From Vicugna vicugna (lineage: Eukaryota), in assembly GCA_013265495.1 (NCBI GenBank), contig MU057887.1, forward strand, positions 631,985-695,984: 64,000 nucleotides of DNA, read 5' to 3'. Positions 36,665 through 47,749 of the stretch are shown here, piece after piece. The notes under the pieces were generated by a model that made no database searches, was not told where the DNA came from, and saw nothing but the letters and a program-made list of their open reading frames with translations. Positions within the stretch are counted from its first letter, which is position 1. The number at the start of each line of letters is the position of its first letter. Position numbers and translations under genes: made by a program.

Positions 36665-39600
36665 GTAAGTCCCTCGGGCCGCGATCGTTTATCAGTGTCG
36701 GCCTTCCTGGGGGCCGGGCTGCTGGCGTATGTGAGTGGTTTATGAGCTGTGCCCTCCCATGTGGGTCTTGGGAAACTCAAGGATCCCTGGTTCTCAGGCC
36801 CCTGAGTGCCTGGTCGCAGAAAGCCATGGTGGTGACTTCAAAAGGGCTGAAGGTTGGCAGGCCTGCTCCCAGAGCGGCCTGGCAGCACCCGCAGCCCCCT
36901 CACTCCCCAGTGTGAAACCTGGAGCCAGGGACAGCTCTCTGGGCCTCCATCTCCTCCTCTGTGAGATGCGGATGTCAGAAAGTGCTCTGACTCAGAGGAA
37001 GATAGCGATGACGCTGGGTGAGCGGACGTGACTTGCTTGGGTGTCCTTATGAGATGAACCCACCTGAAAGCCAGGTTCCGTTCTGTGCAGTGACCGTGTG
37101 GGAACAGCACGGAAGTCTCTGTGTCCTCAGCTTGAAGCTGTGGGCCCACATGAAGCTCCCTCACTCTCAGGCCACTGGGATGTGTGCTGGGGTGTCCAGG
37201 AGCCCTCTTCCTGAGGGAGCAGTGAGAACCCTCTGGTCTCACTGCTCACAACTCCTAACCCTGGTTTTATTGGGTGGGTCTCCTTTAGTGCCCCTGTGTT
37301 GGGAAAAGCTGCACAGTGGAAGCCAATCTCAGGAGCATGGACACGTGACCCCTCCCTTCCAGCCCCATGAAATGCTCAAAGCCAGCACCCAGCTAGGCTG
37401 TCCGGGTGACTGGGCCTTTTGACCTTGAACTTGCTCCTCCTTCTGGGGGTCAGTGCGGTCTTGGGCAGTGCACCAGGCCCAGTATCCACGTGCTCTGCCC
37501 GAGGGGTGGTTGCCCCAGGCCCGCTCTGTTTCCCCAGCCTGGGTCCTTGCCACCGGGTTTGTGGGTGCACAGCATGCTGAAGGGCTTGTGGGCTATGCTG
37601 TAGTTCAGTGGGCAACATTGGTGCTCCCCTGAACCCTGGGGAAACATCTGGGTACTCAGTTTGAGACTGTGTAAGTTCCCTCACTCCCAGGCCCTCGTCT
37701 GTGTCTGGGTTTGAGAATTCCGGAAGATTATCCTTTGGCTGTCGACCTGTAATTCACACACAACCCCGAAAGCAAAGGGGAGGACAGGTCTCCATGCCTG
37801 CTAAGCCAGTTTTGGGCAGCTGGCATCACGTGCCAAGATTGTGGCTGAAATCGGCTGCTCCCTGTCGCACTGGTGCATGTTCTGGAATCCTGGGCCACCC
37901 TCAGTGCCGGGGAGTCATTTACTTGTTTGAGGAATGCTCGCCGTGGTCCTACTGTGTGCAGGCTCCTGGGCGGACAGTGGGCCCGCAGAGGCCCCCATCC
38001 CCTGCACAGAGCCCATGAGGAGCATATGCAGAAGCAGCAGCGGCCACAGGGTGCAGGGGTGCTGGGCTCTGGCGGAGGGCATGCGAGGTGCGGGGTGCGT
38101 GGAGTTGATGATGCTTGAATGAAGGGGGAAGGAGGAGCTGAGTTAGGCAGAGGGAAGTAGTGGATGTGGGACTGAGGTGGGCTGTGGACATGCATTAACG
38201 GGGAGCAGAGGGGTTCCCAGTGATGAAACGGGTTCAGCAAGCAGCCCCGTTCTGCTCCCCGAGGGTTGATGCCTAGTCTGTGTCCATCCCATAGATTCAT
38301 CAGCCTGCCCCCTGGGGGATGCTAAAGAGGGGCCCCGTAGCTCCCTGTGTTGAGGGCAGGAAGTGCCTCCCAACCCTGCAGTCAAGGCTAGAGGGGGGAA
38401 GAGGAGGGACCGGGCTCCAAGCCGCCCCTCCAGGGAAGGCTGTAGCCCCTGTGACCCACTTTCTGCTCGCCAGCGCCACCCGGCGGCCAGAACAGAGGCT
38501 GGGAGGCGAGTGGAGCTCCCCCCACTGAGGGTCCTGACCTGAGGAGGGCCAGGACCCCTGGTCTGTCTTCGAGCCTCATGGAGATGCTGTGACATTCTAG
38601 AAAGACCTGGCTTTGGCGTCAGGCCTGCTTAGGTTTGCCTCCCATCTCCGTCCATTCCAGCCCCTTGACTTGACTGCGAGCAGGTCCAGTGAACTTCTTG
38701 CTGTCAAGGGGGTAGTGGCAGAGCCCGCCTCCGTCCTGCTCGCTCTGGGTTCAGCCCAGGGGGTGTGGGTGGGCACCTAAGGCACATTTTACTGCCAGTA
38801 TTTGTGGATGAAGTGGGGGTGGGCAGTGTCTCTGGAGTCCAGGACAGAGTGACATCTGAGAGGCCATGCGGAGGAGGGAGGGACCAGGACCGGGACTCCC
38901 ACCCTGGCTTCCCAGCCTGGCTCTCCTGTCCCTGGTGCCGTGGCCTGGGGTCTTGGCCACCAGGGGCCCTTCTTGCCTCTGACACAGCCCTGAGAATACC
39001 TGCTTGTACGTGCCTTGAGGAAGAGCAAGGGTTAGCAATTAAGAGCTCCAGCCGAGTGCCGGCATCGGTGCGCAGAAAACAGTGGCCAGGAGGAGGACAG
39101 CCAGCCCCCTGTTCTCCTCCCAGAACACAGAGCTTCCTCAGAGGGGCTCTGCTGCTGACTCTGCACCTGTGGGCTGACTAGGTGACCATGTGAGTCTCGG
39201 GTTGCTTGGCCCTCATATGGAAGACGAGACATGGGCCCCTGCAGGGCTGTGGGGTCCTGGGGCTGTTCCTGCTGCACACAGGAGTCTGTCCGGTTACAAG
39301 TTCTCATCTGGGGACCCTGTCAAGTAATCATGGGCCTGCCGGGAGCCCAGCGTCACTGCACTGAAGTGGGGCGGGGCCTGCCCTGTGGTGAGGCCGTGGT
39401 GGGTCTAGTCCTGGTTGCCCCATTCCAGCTGGGGGAGTTACTCTGGAACCACAGGAGCAACACTAGCTTAGTGTGAGTGTGGTCACACTAACAAGTCATG
39501 TAAACCAAGGTGGGCAGGACACCTGCCGGAGCTCCAGGTGAGACGGGGCCAGCCTCCTCTCAGCACTGCTGACTCCTCAGGCTGGAGTTCTCTGTTTTAC

Positions 39601-40952
39601 AGCCCTTTTCCTTCTCTTCAAGAATTTATGATCTGATCTTTAGAAATCAATTTGTAAAATTTAAAAGAGCTGAATTAGAAGGGACCCAGGAGCCAGCACT
39701 TCTGTGGTTAACATTCAGGAAGTCTAGACAGGCGAGAACTGAGTAAGTCTCTCTCTGTGTCTGGGCCTGAGCCTTCTCTTTGCACACAGCCTCCTGCTGG
39801 CCAGTTTCCCCGGTGGCCGAGGGGCGGTAACTGGAGCGTGACCCAGCAGGCTGGGCCGCAAACCGCAGGGCTGGGCCTCGCGGACTGAGCGGGCTGTTAA
39901 AAATCTGACCACACAACTCCCTCCTGTCCACGGGAGGGACCTTCAGAGTGCCCCGCAGCCTGGGGCAGGGCTGAAAACATCCTCTTCACCCCTCAGTGGG
40001 TCAGGTCCCTGACACTTGTGGTCTTGGAAGCCAGAGTGAAGCTGGGCAGCCTTGGTTGGCACAGCTCTTGGCCCCAGGGTGTAACGTGGGTGGACGGAGT
40101 GGGTGGAGCCCTTTACTGGCCAGTTCCTGGGGCTTGTGTCCAGAATGATAGGAGCATAAAAGTCAGGGGACTGCCAGCAGGGACGGCTGTAAGCATCAGA
40201 TGGCCTGGGGGTGGCCGAAATGGCTATGCCTCCCAGGGAAAGGGCTGGCCTTGGGGACCTCTTTTTTTCCTAGTTTGTGCTGGCTTTCAGTAATGCCTTT
40301 TTCATGAAACCTGGGGTGTCCTGCTCAAATTCATTGAACTGAACAATTGGGGCACGTTATTTTCTCATAGTGGTTGAGGTGGAAATCAAGGCGTGGGGTC
40401 CTAGGGGCCTGGGCCTCTGCTCTGTAACAGATGCAGTGACGACAGCCCCTCGTCCAGCTGGATGCCCCAGCTAACGAAGGATTCGAGGCCGTTCCCAGTC
40501 TGACAGGCAGTTTGCCAGATGCCGTAGTTAAGCTTTCTGGAATGTTTCAGTAAATACGGGTAGAGCAGGACAGGATAATTGAAGTTGGAACGTACCAGAG
40601 AAATCGGGGAATATTTATTTGTGCACAGGTATAAAGCACACAGTAGGTGTCAAATTGGTGCTAGGTCCTGGAGATAAAGCCAAAGAGCCACGGCCCCACC
40701 CTAGGGAAGCCAGTGGTCTGGAAGGAGCCAGTAAGGAAGGGCTTGGGGTGCTCTGGTTAATGAGTCATCGAGGAGAGTGTCCGGCTCTCTGGTGTGTGAC
40801 GGCTGCAGGAGCTCTCCCAGAACTTCACCCACACCTCGCGTTTCCTGCCTTCCACATACACTGGGTTAATCATCAAATCGAAACCCTGGTCTTGGACAGG
40901 ATACAGGCCACGTGGGAGACGTGGGAAAACGGAACACACATGAAGGGGTCTG

Positions 40953-40971
40953 TAGCGCCACCTGCTGGCCA
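40953..40971 (-). promoter_or_regulatory. Candidate CTCF binding motif
   Basis: Reverse strand TGGCCAGCAGGTGGCGCTA, close to consensus TGGCCACCAGGGGGCGCTA. Confidence 0.65.
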
Positions 40972-41716
40972 GACCGCTGGGCCCTTCCTGAAGTGGCTGT
41001 GTGTGTCTGTGTGTGTGTCTGTGTGTGTTCGTAAGTGTGTACATGCGCTTTGAAGTGAGACAGGCTGAGTTTGCTTCTGCCATTTGGTCCAGACTGTGGA
41101 GTCATGAATGAGTTACGTGTCCTCACAGAGCTTCAGTCTTCCCGTCAGCAGAATAAGAGCGATGTGGGACAGTGAGGGAGCTGGTGGGAGGAGGAACCCG
41201 GATGTTCCCAGCCCGAGGCCGGGCACCGGCCCTCAGTGTCTCCACGGCCACCCCCAGCACTCCCATCTGGCCCGGGCGTGGGTGTCTCCCCTCTGCCTCC
41301 GGGCCCCCCCAACAGGCCCCGACCCTCACATACCTTTAGGGGCATGGAGCTCGTTGCCAGCGTGTCCTTCCGAAGAGCTCAGAACAGTAAATGGCCACTA
41401 AAAGTAAATGAAAGGATCCTTGAGAGTCCTGAAAAAGAGCCTGGGGAAAGGATGTCAAAAGAGACAGCACTCACAATAAACGGCACGAATGAAATAAGTC
41501 CTAGTGACCCAGCATAAGGCACGCAAACAGCTGAAAGGGAGGCGTGAGGGAGGCTGGGACGGCAGGTGCCCCTGACTGGAGAGTCCCGGTCAGGATGCCA
41601 GAGCTTCCTGGGCCTCGCTCTGTGAAGACCTGTGGGACTCTGCACCCTGGCTCTGATTCTACGGCAGCTGCCTTCAGAGTGTGATGGGTCTCGAGTCCCG
41701 GAGCCAGAAGACAGTC

Positions 41717-42735
41717 CCTGTCCCCATCCTGTCACAGGGTGTCAGAACCTGTCCCCTTCTGTCACAGGAAGTCAGAACCCGTCCCCATCCTGTCACAGGG
41801 AGTCAGAACCCGTCCCCATCCTGTCACAGGGAGTCAGAACCCGTCCCCATCCTGTCACAGGGAGTCAGAACCCGTCCCCATCCTGTCACAGGGAGTCAGA
41901 ACCCGTCCCCATCCTGTCACAGGGAGTCAGAACCCGTCCCCATCCTGTCACAGGGAGTCAGAACCCGTCCCCGTCCTGTCACAGGGAGTCAGAACCCGTC
42001 CCCGTCCTGTCACAGGAAGTTAGAACTTGTCTCCATCCTGTCACAGGGAATCAGAACCCGTCCCCATCCTGTCACAGGAAGTCAGAACCCGTCCCCATCC
42101 TGTCACAGGGAGTCAGAACCCGTCCCCATCCTGTCACAGGGAGTCAGAACCCGTCCCCGTCCTGTCACAGGGAGTCAGAACCCGTCCCCATCCTGTCACA
42201 GGGAGTCAGAACCCGTCCCCATCCTGTCACAGGGAGTCAGAACCCGTCCCCATCCTGTCACAGGGAGTCAGAACCCGTCCCCATCCTGTCACAGGGAGTC
42301 AGAACCCATCCCCATCCTGTCACAGGGAGTCAGAACCCGTCCCCATCCTGTCACAGGAAGTCAGAACCCGTCCCCATCCTGTCACAGGGAGTCAGAACCC
42401 GTCCCCATCCTGTCACAGGGAGTCAGAACCCGTCCCCATCCTGTCACAGGGAGTCAGAACCCGTCCCCATCCTGTCACAGGGAGTCAGAACCCGTCCCCA
42501 TCCTGTCACAGGGAGTCAGAACCCGTCCCCATCCTGTCACAGGGAGTCAGAACCCGTCCCCATCCTGTCACAGGGAGTCAGAACCCGTCCCCATCCTGTC
42601 ACAGGGAGTCAGAACCCGTCCCCATCCTGTCACAGGGAGTCAGAACCCGTCCCCATCCTGTCACAGGGAGTCAGAACCCGTCCCCATCCTGTCACAGGGA
42701 GTCAGAACCCGTCTCCATCCTGTCACAGGAAGGTA
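41717..42735 (+). repeat. Minisatellite, 31-bp unit GTCAGAACCCGTCCCCATCCTGTCACAGGGA, about 33 copies
   Basis: GTCACAG at 41731, 41761, then every 31 nt to 42722; most copies identical. Confidence 0.99.
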
Positions 42736-43460
42736 GAGCCTGTCCGCGTCTCCATTCCCAGCCCTGGCTGGCCCTGGGGACACACACAGGGATCTGGGCC
42801 TGGAGCCCGAGGCTCAGTGAGGGAGAACGGAGCCGACTTCACTGCCTGAGCGCAGCTCTTGCCTCCTGCCTCCCTCTGGGACCTCGGGACGGCCACCGAC
42901 TCTTTCACCCTGTTGCCTCATCTGAAAAACGGCCCTCCCCCCGCCCTCCTGGTGCAGGTGTGGTCACACTAGCGAATCACGAGGACGAGTGGCCACGCGC
43001 TCAGTCAGTGGCAGCAGCCGTGCCCGCTAGTGCGGAGATGGCCGCTGCAGGGTCGTCTCCGAGACCCACCCGAGAGCCCTGTGTCGCCCTGATCGCGGTC
43101 CGGGCGAGGAGCCGGGAGCCTGGACGACACTCAGAGGGCGGGGTGTGCCTGGTGAGGCCAGCCCGGGGTGGGGCTCTGCCGGTGACAGGGGGACACACCC
43201 CACTCCAGGCACGACCCTTGACCCCAGCCACCCAGCGCCCCCTGAGGGTGTTGGAAGAGGCTAGTGGCTGAGTCGGCGGCCCGGAGGTCCACGGCACCTC
43301 CCGCAGGTGAGTGAGGGGTGCTCTTCCCGTGGCCGAGTGGCCCCAGGGGCGGCGGGAGGCCCCGCACTGCGAGCCCCCGCTTCCCCCGCGCTCTGTTGTT
43401 CCTCTGCTTGCTGAATCGGCCCTAACCCTCTTCTTGTCTCTCTGTCCACTTTTCTTGCAG

Positions 43461-43815
43461 CCGCTGCGAGCGCTTGCCTTGCCATGAGAATCAGGAGTGC
43501 CCCAAGCTGCCTCTGAGAATAACCTACTACCACCTCTCTTTCCCCACCAACATCCAAGTGCCCGCCGTGGTTTTCCGCATGGGCCCCTCCAGTGCGGTCC
43601 CCGGGGACAGCATGCAGCTGGCCATCACCGGCGGCAATGAGGAGGGCTTTTTCACCACCCGGAAGGTGAGCCACCACAGTGGGGTGGTGGCCCTGACCAA
43701 GCCCGTCCCCGAGCCCAGGGACTTGCTCCTGACCGTCAGGATGGACCTCTATCGCCACGGCACCGTCAGCTCCTTTGTGGCCAAGCTTTACATCTTTGTG
43801 TCCGCAGAGCTCTGA
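43461..43815 (+). CDS. FBLN1: FBLN1 isoform C terminal exon, coding part (117 aa fibulin C-terminal domain RCERLPCHENQECPKLPLRITYYHLSF...AKLYIFVSAEL*)
   Basis: cctaac branch candidate at 43421-43426, long pyrimidine tract, ttgcag| acceptor; phase matches exon 14; TGA at 43813-43815. Confidence 0.97.
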
Positions 43816-43886
43816 GCGCTCGCTTTGGGCCGTGGGGCGGTGGGGCCCCCTCTCGCTGCTTTCCTAACCCTGCCCTCCGGGATTTG

Positions 43887-43892
43887 AATAAA
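43887..43892 (+). terminator. Polyadenylation signal of FBLN1 isoform C
   Basis: AATAAA 72 nt after the stop, followed by a G/T-rich element (cttggttttatttggcgt) near 43931. Confidence 0.85.
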
Positions 43893-44905
43893 GTTTCAGC
43901 AGGCGATCCCACACAGCATGGCTGGCGTGCCTTGGTTTTATTTGGCGTAGTGGGGGGGTCTCTGTGCTGCGGAGTGGGGGCGGGTTGGGGGGCAGAGCTC
44001 TGCTTGTCTTGATGCGAAGCCCAAACTTGTGGTGGAAAAACTCTGGACCCACCTGCAGCATCTTGGATGCCACCCTTACCTAAGTGAGGTCAGTCCCCTC
44101 CTCTGAGGATCCCAGCTTCACACCAGGAGGAGGCGAAGGACAGCACCGTAAATGGGCCGCTCGTGGGAACCACTAAGCGTGCGTCAGGCCCTTCGTGTGC
44201 GTTACTTTCCGTCCTGTGGGGCAGGTCCCCAGAGAGACTCAGAGGGGGCGAGTGATTTGCTCAAGGTCACACAGCCAATATTTGAACCTCGGCTGGCTGA
44301 CTTCACAGTTCTGACTATTCCATTCGGTCACAATACCTCCAACGTGGACCTCAGTCCACCTGCCTCCCTTCACCTCCCCCTCTGTGATTCCAGCCAAGCC
44401 CCCAGTGTGCCTTCCCAGGCCCTGCATCATTCAGTCCTCGTGTACGTCTCCAGCCTGGCCTCAAATTGTTCTTTCCTTGCTCACTTCCCTTGAGCCACAC
44501 TGCCGAGCCTTTTGCTGCCTCAGGCCCTTTGCACCTTCTTTTGCACCCTTGGAGCCTGAATGTTCGTTAAACCTCAGCCTGTGTGTTCCTTTCTTGGAGG
44601 GGCCTCCCTGGACACCCTTGGGTTATGTTTCTGCTATTAGTCTTTCTTATAACACTTCCTTTGGGATGTTTATCACAGTTCACAGTTCCCATTCATCAGT
44701 GTCTCATTTTTATCTTCCCCACCATCCAGAAGGCTCTGTGAAGGCAGGGGCCAAGTCTGTCCCATTCAGTGCTGTGTCCCTCGCTCCTGGCAGTGCCTAG
44801 CCCACAGTAGGTGCCCTACTCATGGCTGCTGAAGTGATGGACGACTTTCCGCCAACATTGCTTTATGTGTCTAGCGTTTCTCTGGCTGCCGACCCTGTTT
44901 TCAAG

Positions 44906-45019
44906 CAGAAACATGAAGGGAAGGCAGACTGTCAAGAGGAATCAAGTAAGAGGATCCTAAGGTCCTTCCTACAAGTACGTGGGAGGAAGGTGGGAAGGGG
45001 CCCACGTGGTGTCCAGTGA
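44906..45019 (+). pseudogene. Degenerate homologue of the human fibulin-1B terminal exon
   Basis: QK, KGRQ and SSK peptide fragments appear in order across shifted frames, resembling the human 1B tail as I recall it; located about 1 kb after exon C. Confidence 0.6.
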
Positions 45020-45681
45020 AGAGGACAGATGTACATTTATCTCTGTGCCTCGTGCCCTATGACAGAGGCAGCAGTTAACTTGCCTTGGGAGCTCACGAAT
45101 CTCTGAGCCCCCCACTGTCTCCCAGACCCCTCTCTGAGCATCTCTGGTCTGGACCAGCTCTCAGTCTCCCATCTTCCAGGCTGAAGCCAGAGGACCTCTC
45201 TGAAGGATCAGTCTGGTTTTGTCCCTCCCCTCTTTTGAACCTTCTATGGTTCTTTTACTGGCAGACGAAGCCCAGCACCCTTGGAATGACATTTGAGGCC
45301 CTGCCTGATCCAGCCTCTGTCTGCCTTTTCAGCTCGCTCCCTGCTCCAGCTCGCACCGTTTGCTTGAGTTCTGGTCACACAAGGCTCTTGCCCTTCCCTG
45401 AATATGCCGCCTTCAGGCTTTAGCACGTGCCCCGCCATCCTCCCACAAAGTGCCGCGCTCCCTGAAGACTTAGCTTAAAAGTCACCTCCTCAGGGAAGCC
45501 TTTCCTTAATCTGAGTTTTCTCAGAGCCAGGTATACTCCCTCAGAGCATTTACTGTGTCATCTTGTTGCTTTTTATCGTTCCCACTGCTCTGGGGCCTTT
45601 TTGAAGGCAGGGGTTGTACCTGTATGCTCTACATGTTTAGAATGTGTGGCCTGTAGAAGGAGCTCATCTGAATAAACATAC

Positions 45682-45858
45682 GGATGGATGGATGGATGAT
45701 GGGTGGTTGGATGGGTGGATGGGTGGATGGATGGGTGGGTGGATGATAGGTGAATGGGTGGATGGATGATGGGTAGATGGATAGATCGATGGGTGGATGG
45801 ATGGGTAGATGGGTGGATGGATGGATGGATGGATGATGGATAGATTGATGGATGGATA
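45682..45858. repeat. Compound (GGAT/GGGT)n microsatellite
   Basis: Directly visible. Confidence 0.95.
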
Positions 45859-47749
45859 GTATTTTCAAGGTGGAGTTCAAATGTCACCTCTTCTGTGAAA
45901 TCATCATTGTAGTCAGTTATTCTTTCATCACAGTCCAGAGTGTTCAGGCCAGAGGAGCACTTTTCCCGTAGGAGTGTTATGATGTGGGTGGGAAATTCTT
46001 GGGGACTTTAGAAGTCATCCAGTGACATTATACATATTGCCAGAATCTCCTCTACAAAGCTCCTCCCAACTGACTATCCAGCTGAGCTCACACTCTCCCT
46101 TGTTTGAGGAACCCCCTTCCTCTTCAGGTGGCCCGTTCTGTTTCAGGACATCTCTGATGTTTTGGTGTGTCTGCCCGAGTGCACACGTGGGGGATGATAT
46201 CTGGCTTACCTGAATGCTCACCTCTGCCCTGCTGTTGCTTGAGGCTCTGTAGCAGTATTTCTGTCACCCTGCTGAGATCCTGTAGTGCAGAAAAAACAAA
46301 CCAAGCCAACCAACCAAACAAACCCCATGAGTTTGACTGTCTCCCTGCCCACGTGCTAGCTCTGTGACCTCGGATAAGTCACTTGCCTCTCAGAGCTGCC
46401 AGGCCTATTTTGTGGATTGTTTTGAAAATTGCATGGAGTTACACACCAGGCAGCACCTGGCATGTGGCAGGCAGGCACGGAGGTGCTGGTTTCTCCACCC
46501 ATGGGAATGTACTTGACTGTTCATTTGGCTCTCGATTTAGATCGGGAATAAAAGTTCAGAGGGTTTGTAGAGCTGCCTCCACCTCCATCTCCTGGACCTG
46601 CGTGCACACTTCTGGCGGCCACTGTACTAAACCAAGCTCCCGAGAGTGAAGGATAGTAATTATGACGATCACTCTCATGATGATAAAAATAACGACTGTG
46701 ACAGCGGACACCCATGCACGGCTTTCTGTGGGCCGGGCCCAGTTCCAGGCACTTAGGGAGCCCTCACAGAGCCTTGTGAGCAAAGTGCTGTTATGATCCT
46801 CACTTCGCAGTGGAGACGTGGAGGGACAGCGAAGTTAAGTAGCTCCCCCAAAGGCCCCCAGCGGATGTAAAGTGGGGCCGGGATTTGGAGCTAGGCAGCC
46901 TGGCCCAGGAGTGTGTTCTGAAGCCCAGCCCTGCACTGCCTCAAATGCTGAAGGAGGGCAGGATAGCTGGGATTAGCCAGCCCTTGTCAGCCTGTTACTC
47001 CAGCCTCACTTCAGAAAGCCCTGCATACGAGCCCTGTTCTAAAATTCCCAAGTACAAAATAAGATGTTTTGTTTGCTAAGGAAGGGGGCAGCGTGGTGTA
47101 GAGGAAAACAGCGTGAAAGCTAAATGGGGTAGTGTGTGCAGACTGTCCTACATGGATGTCCAGGAAGATGCTGCAGCATCGTTTTTGAAGTTCTCTGGAT
47201 CCCAAGCAAAACACACACGAACTAGATACGACTTTTTTTTTAATCCATGGAAAACATTTACAACTAAACAAGGTGACAGGGTATCCCCATGAACCCAAAA
47301 TATAGTTCGTGCCCACCTGCATGGTATTGGCATCTGTGCAGGAGAAAGCAGTGGAAGAACCCCCAAATAGGCAGGAGGTATCCCCTAGAAGGCTCAGTAG
47401 ACCGATCTGAGACAGCAGCTGAGACGCGGAGGCATTGTGGTCTCCATCACTACAATGGCCGGTGTGTACAAGGCCTTCCGGGAAGGGTTGGAGCAGGCTA
47501 GCCCTTGGGAGCTTTTAAAGCTGAGTCACCAGGGCTTCCCTTAAGGTCGTATGTCATACTATGGGGAAACTGCTGGAAATGAAATAGGAAATTGAGTCAG
47601 AAGGAGACAATAGCAACTATGGAAAATGAAGGTTCAGGTAAATGTAGAGGGATAGCAGAGAGCAGGCTGCCAAAGCACAATGAGGGAGCTCTGCGAGCCC
47701 AGAAAAGCCACTGTGAACCATGCCTCTTTCTCAGATTTCAGGAAAACTA

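Noticed and set aside
41717..42735. CRISPR-like appearance of the 31-bp repeat
   Set aside because: Units are head-to-tail with no unique spacers, there are no cas genes, and the context is a mammalian intron.
41632..43271. Three long overlapping ORFs (405, 351 and 414 aa) with 31-aa periodicity
   Set aside because: Explained by a stop-free 31-bp tandem repeat; all three frames give the same cyclic peptide and start at non-ATG codons. Not called as genes.
36665..43460. Homologue of the human fibulin-1A terminal exon
   Set aside because: That exon is essentially non-coding, so I cannot recognise it without an alignment; neither presence nor absence is supported.
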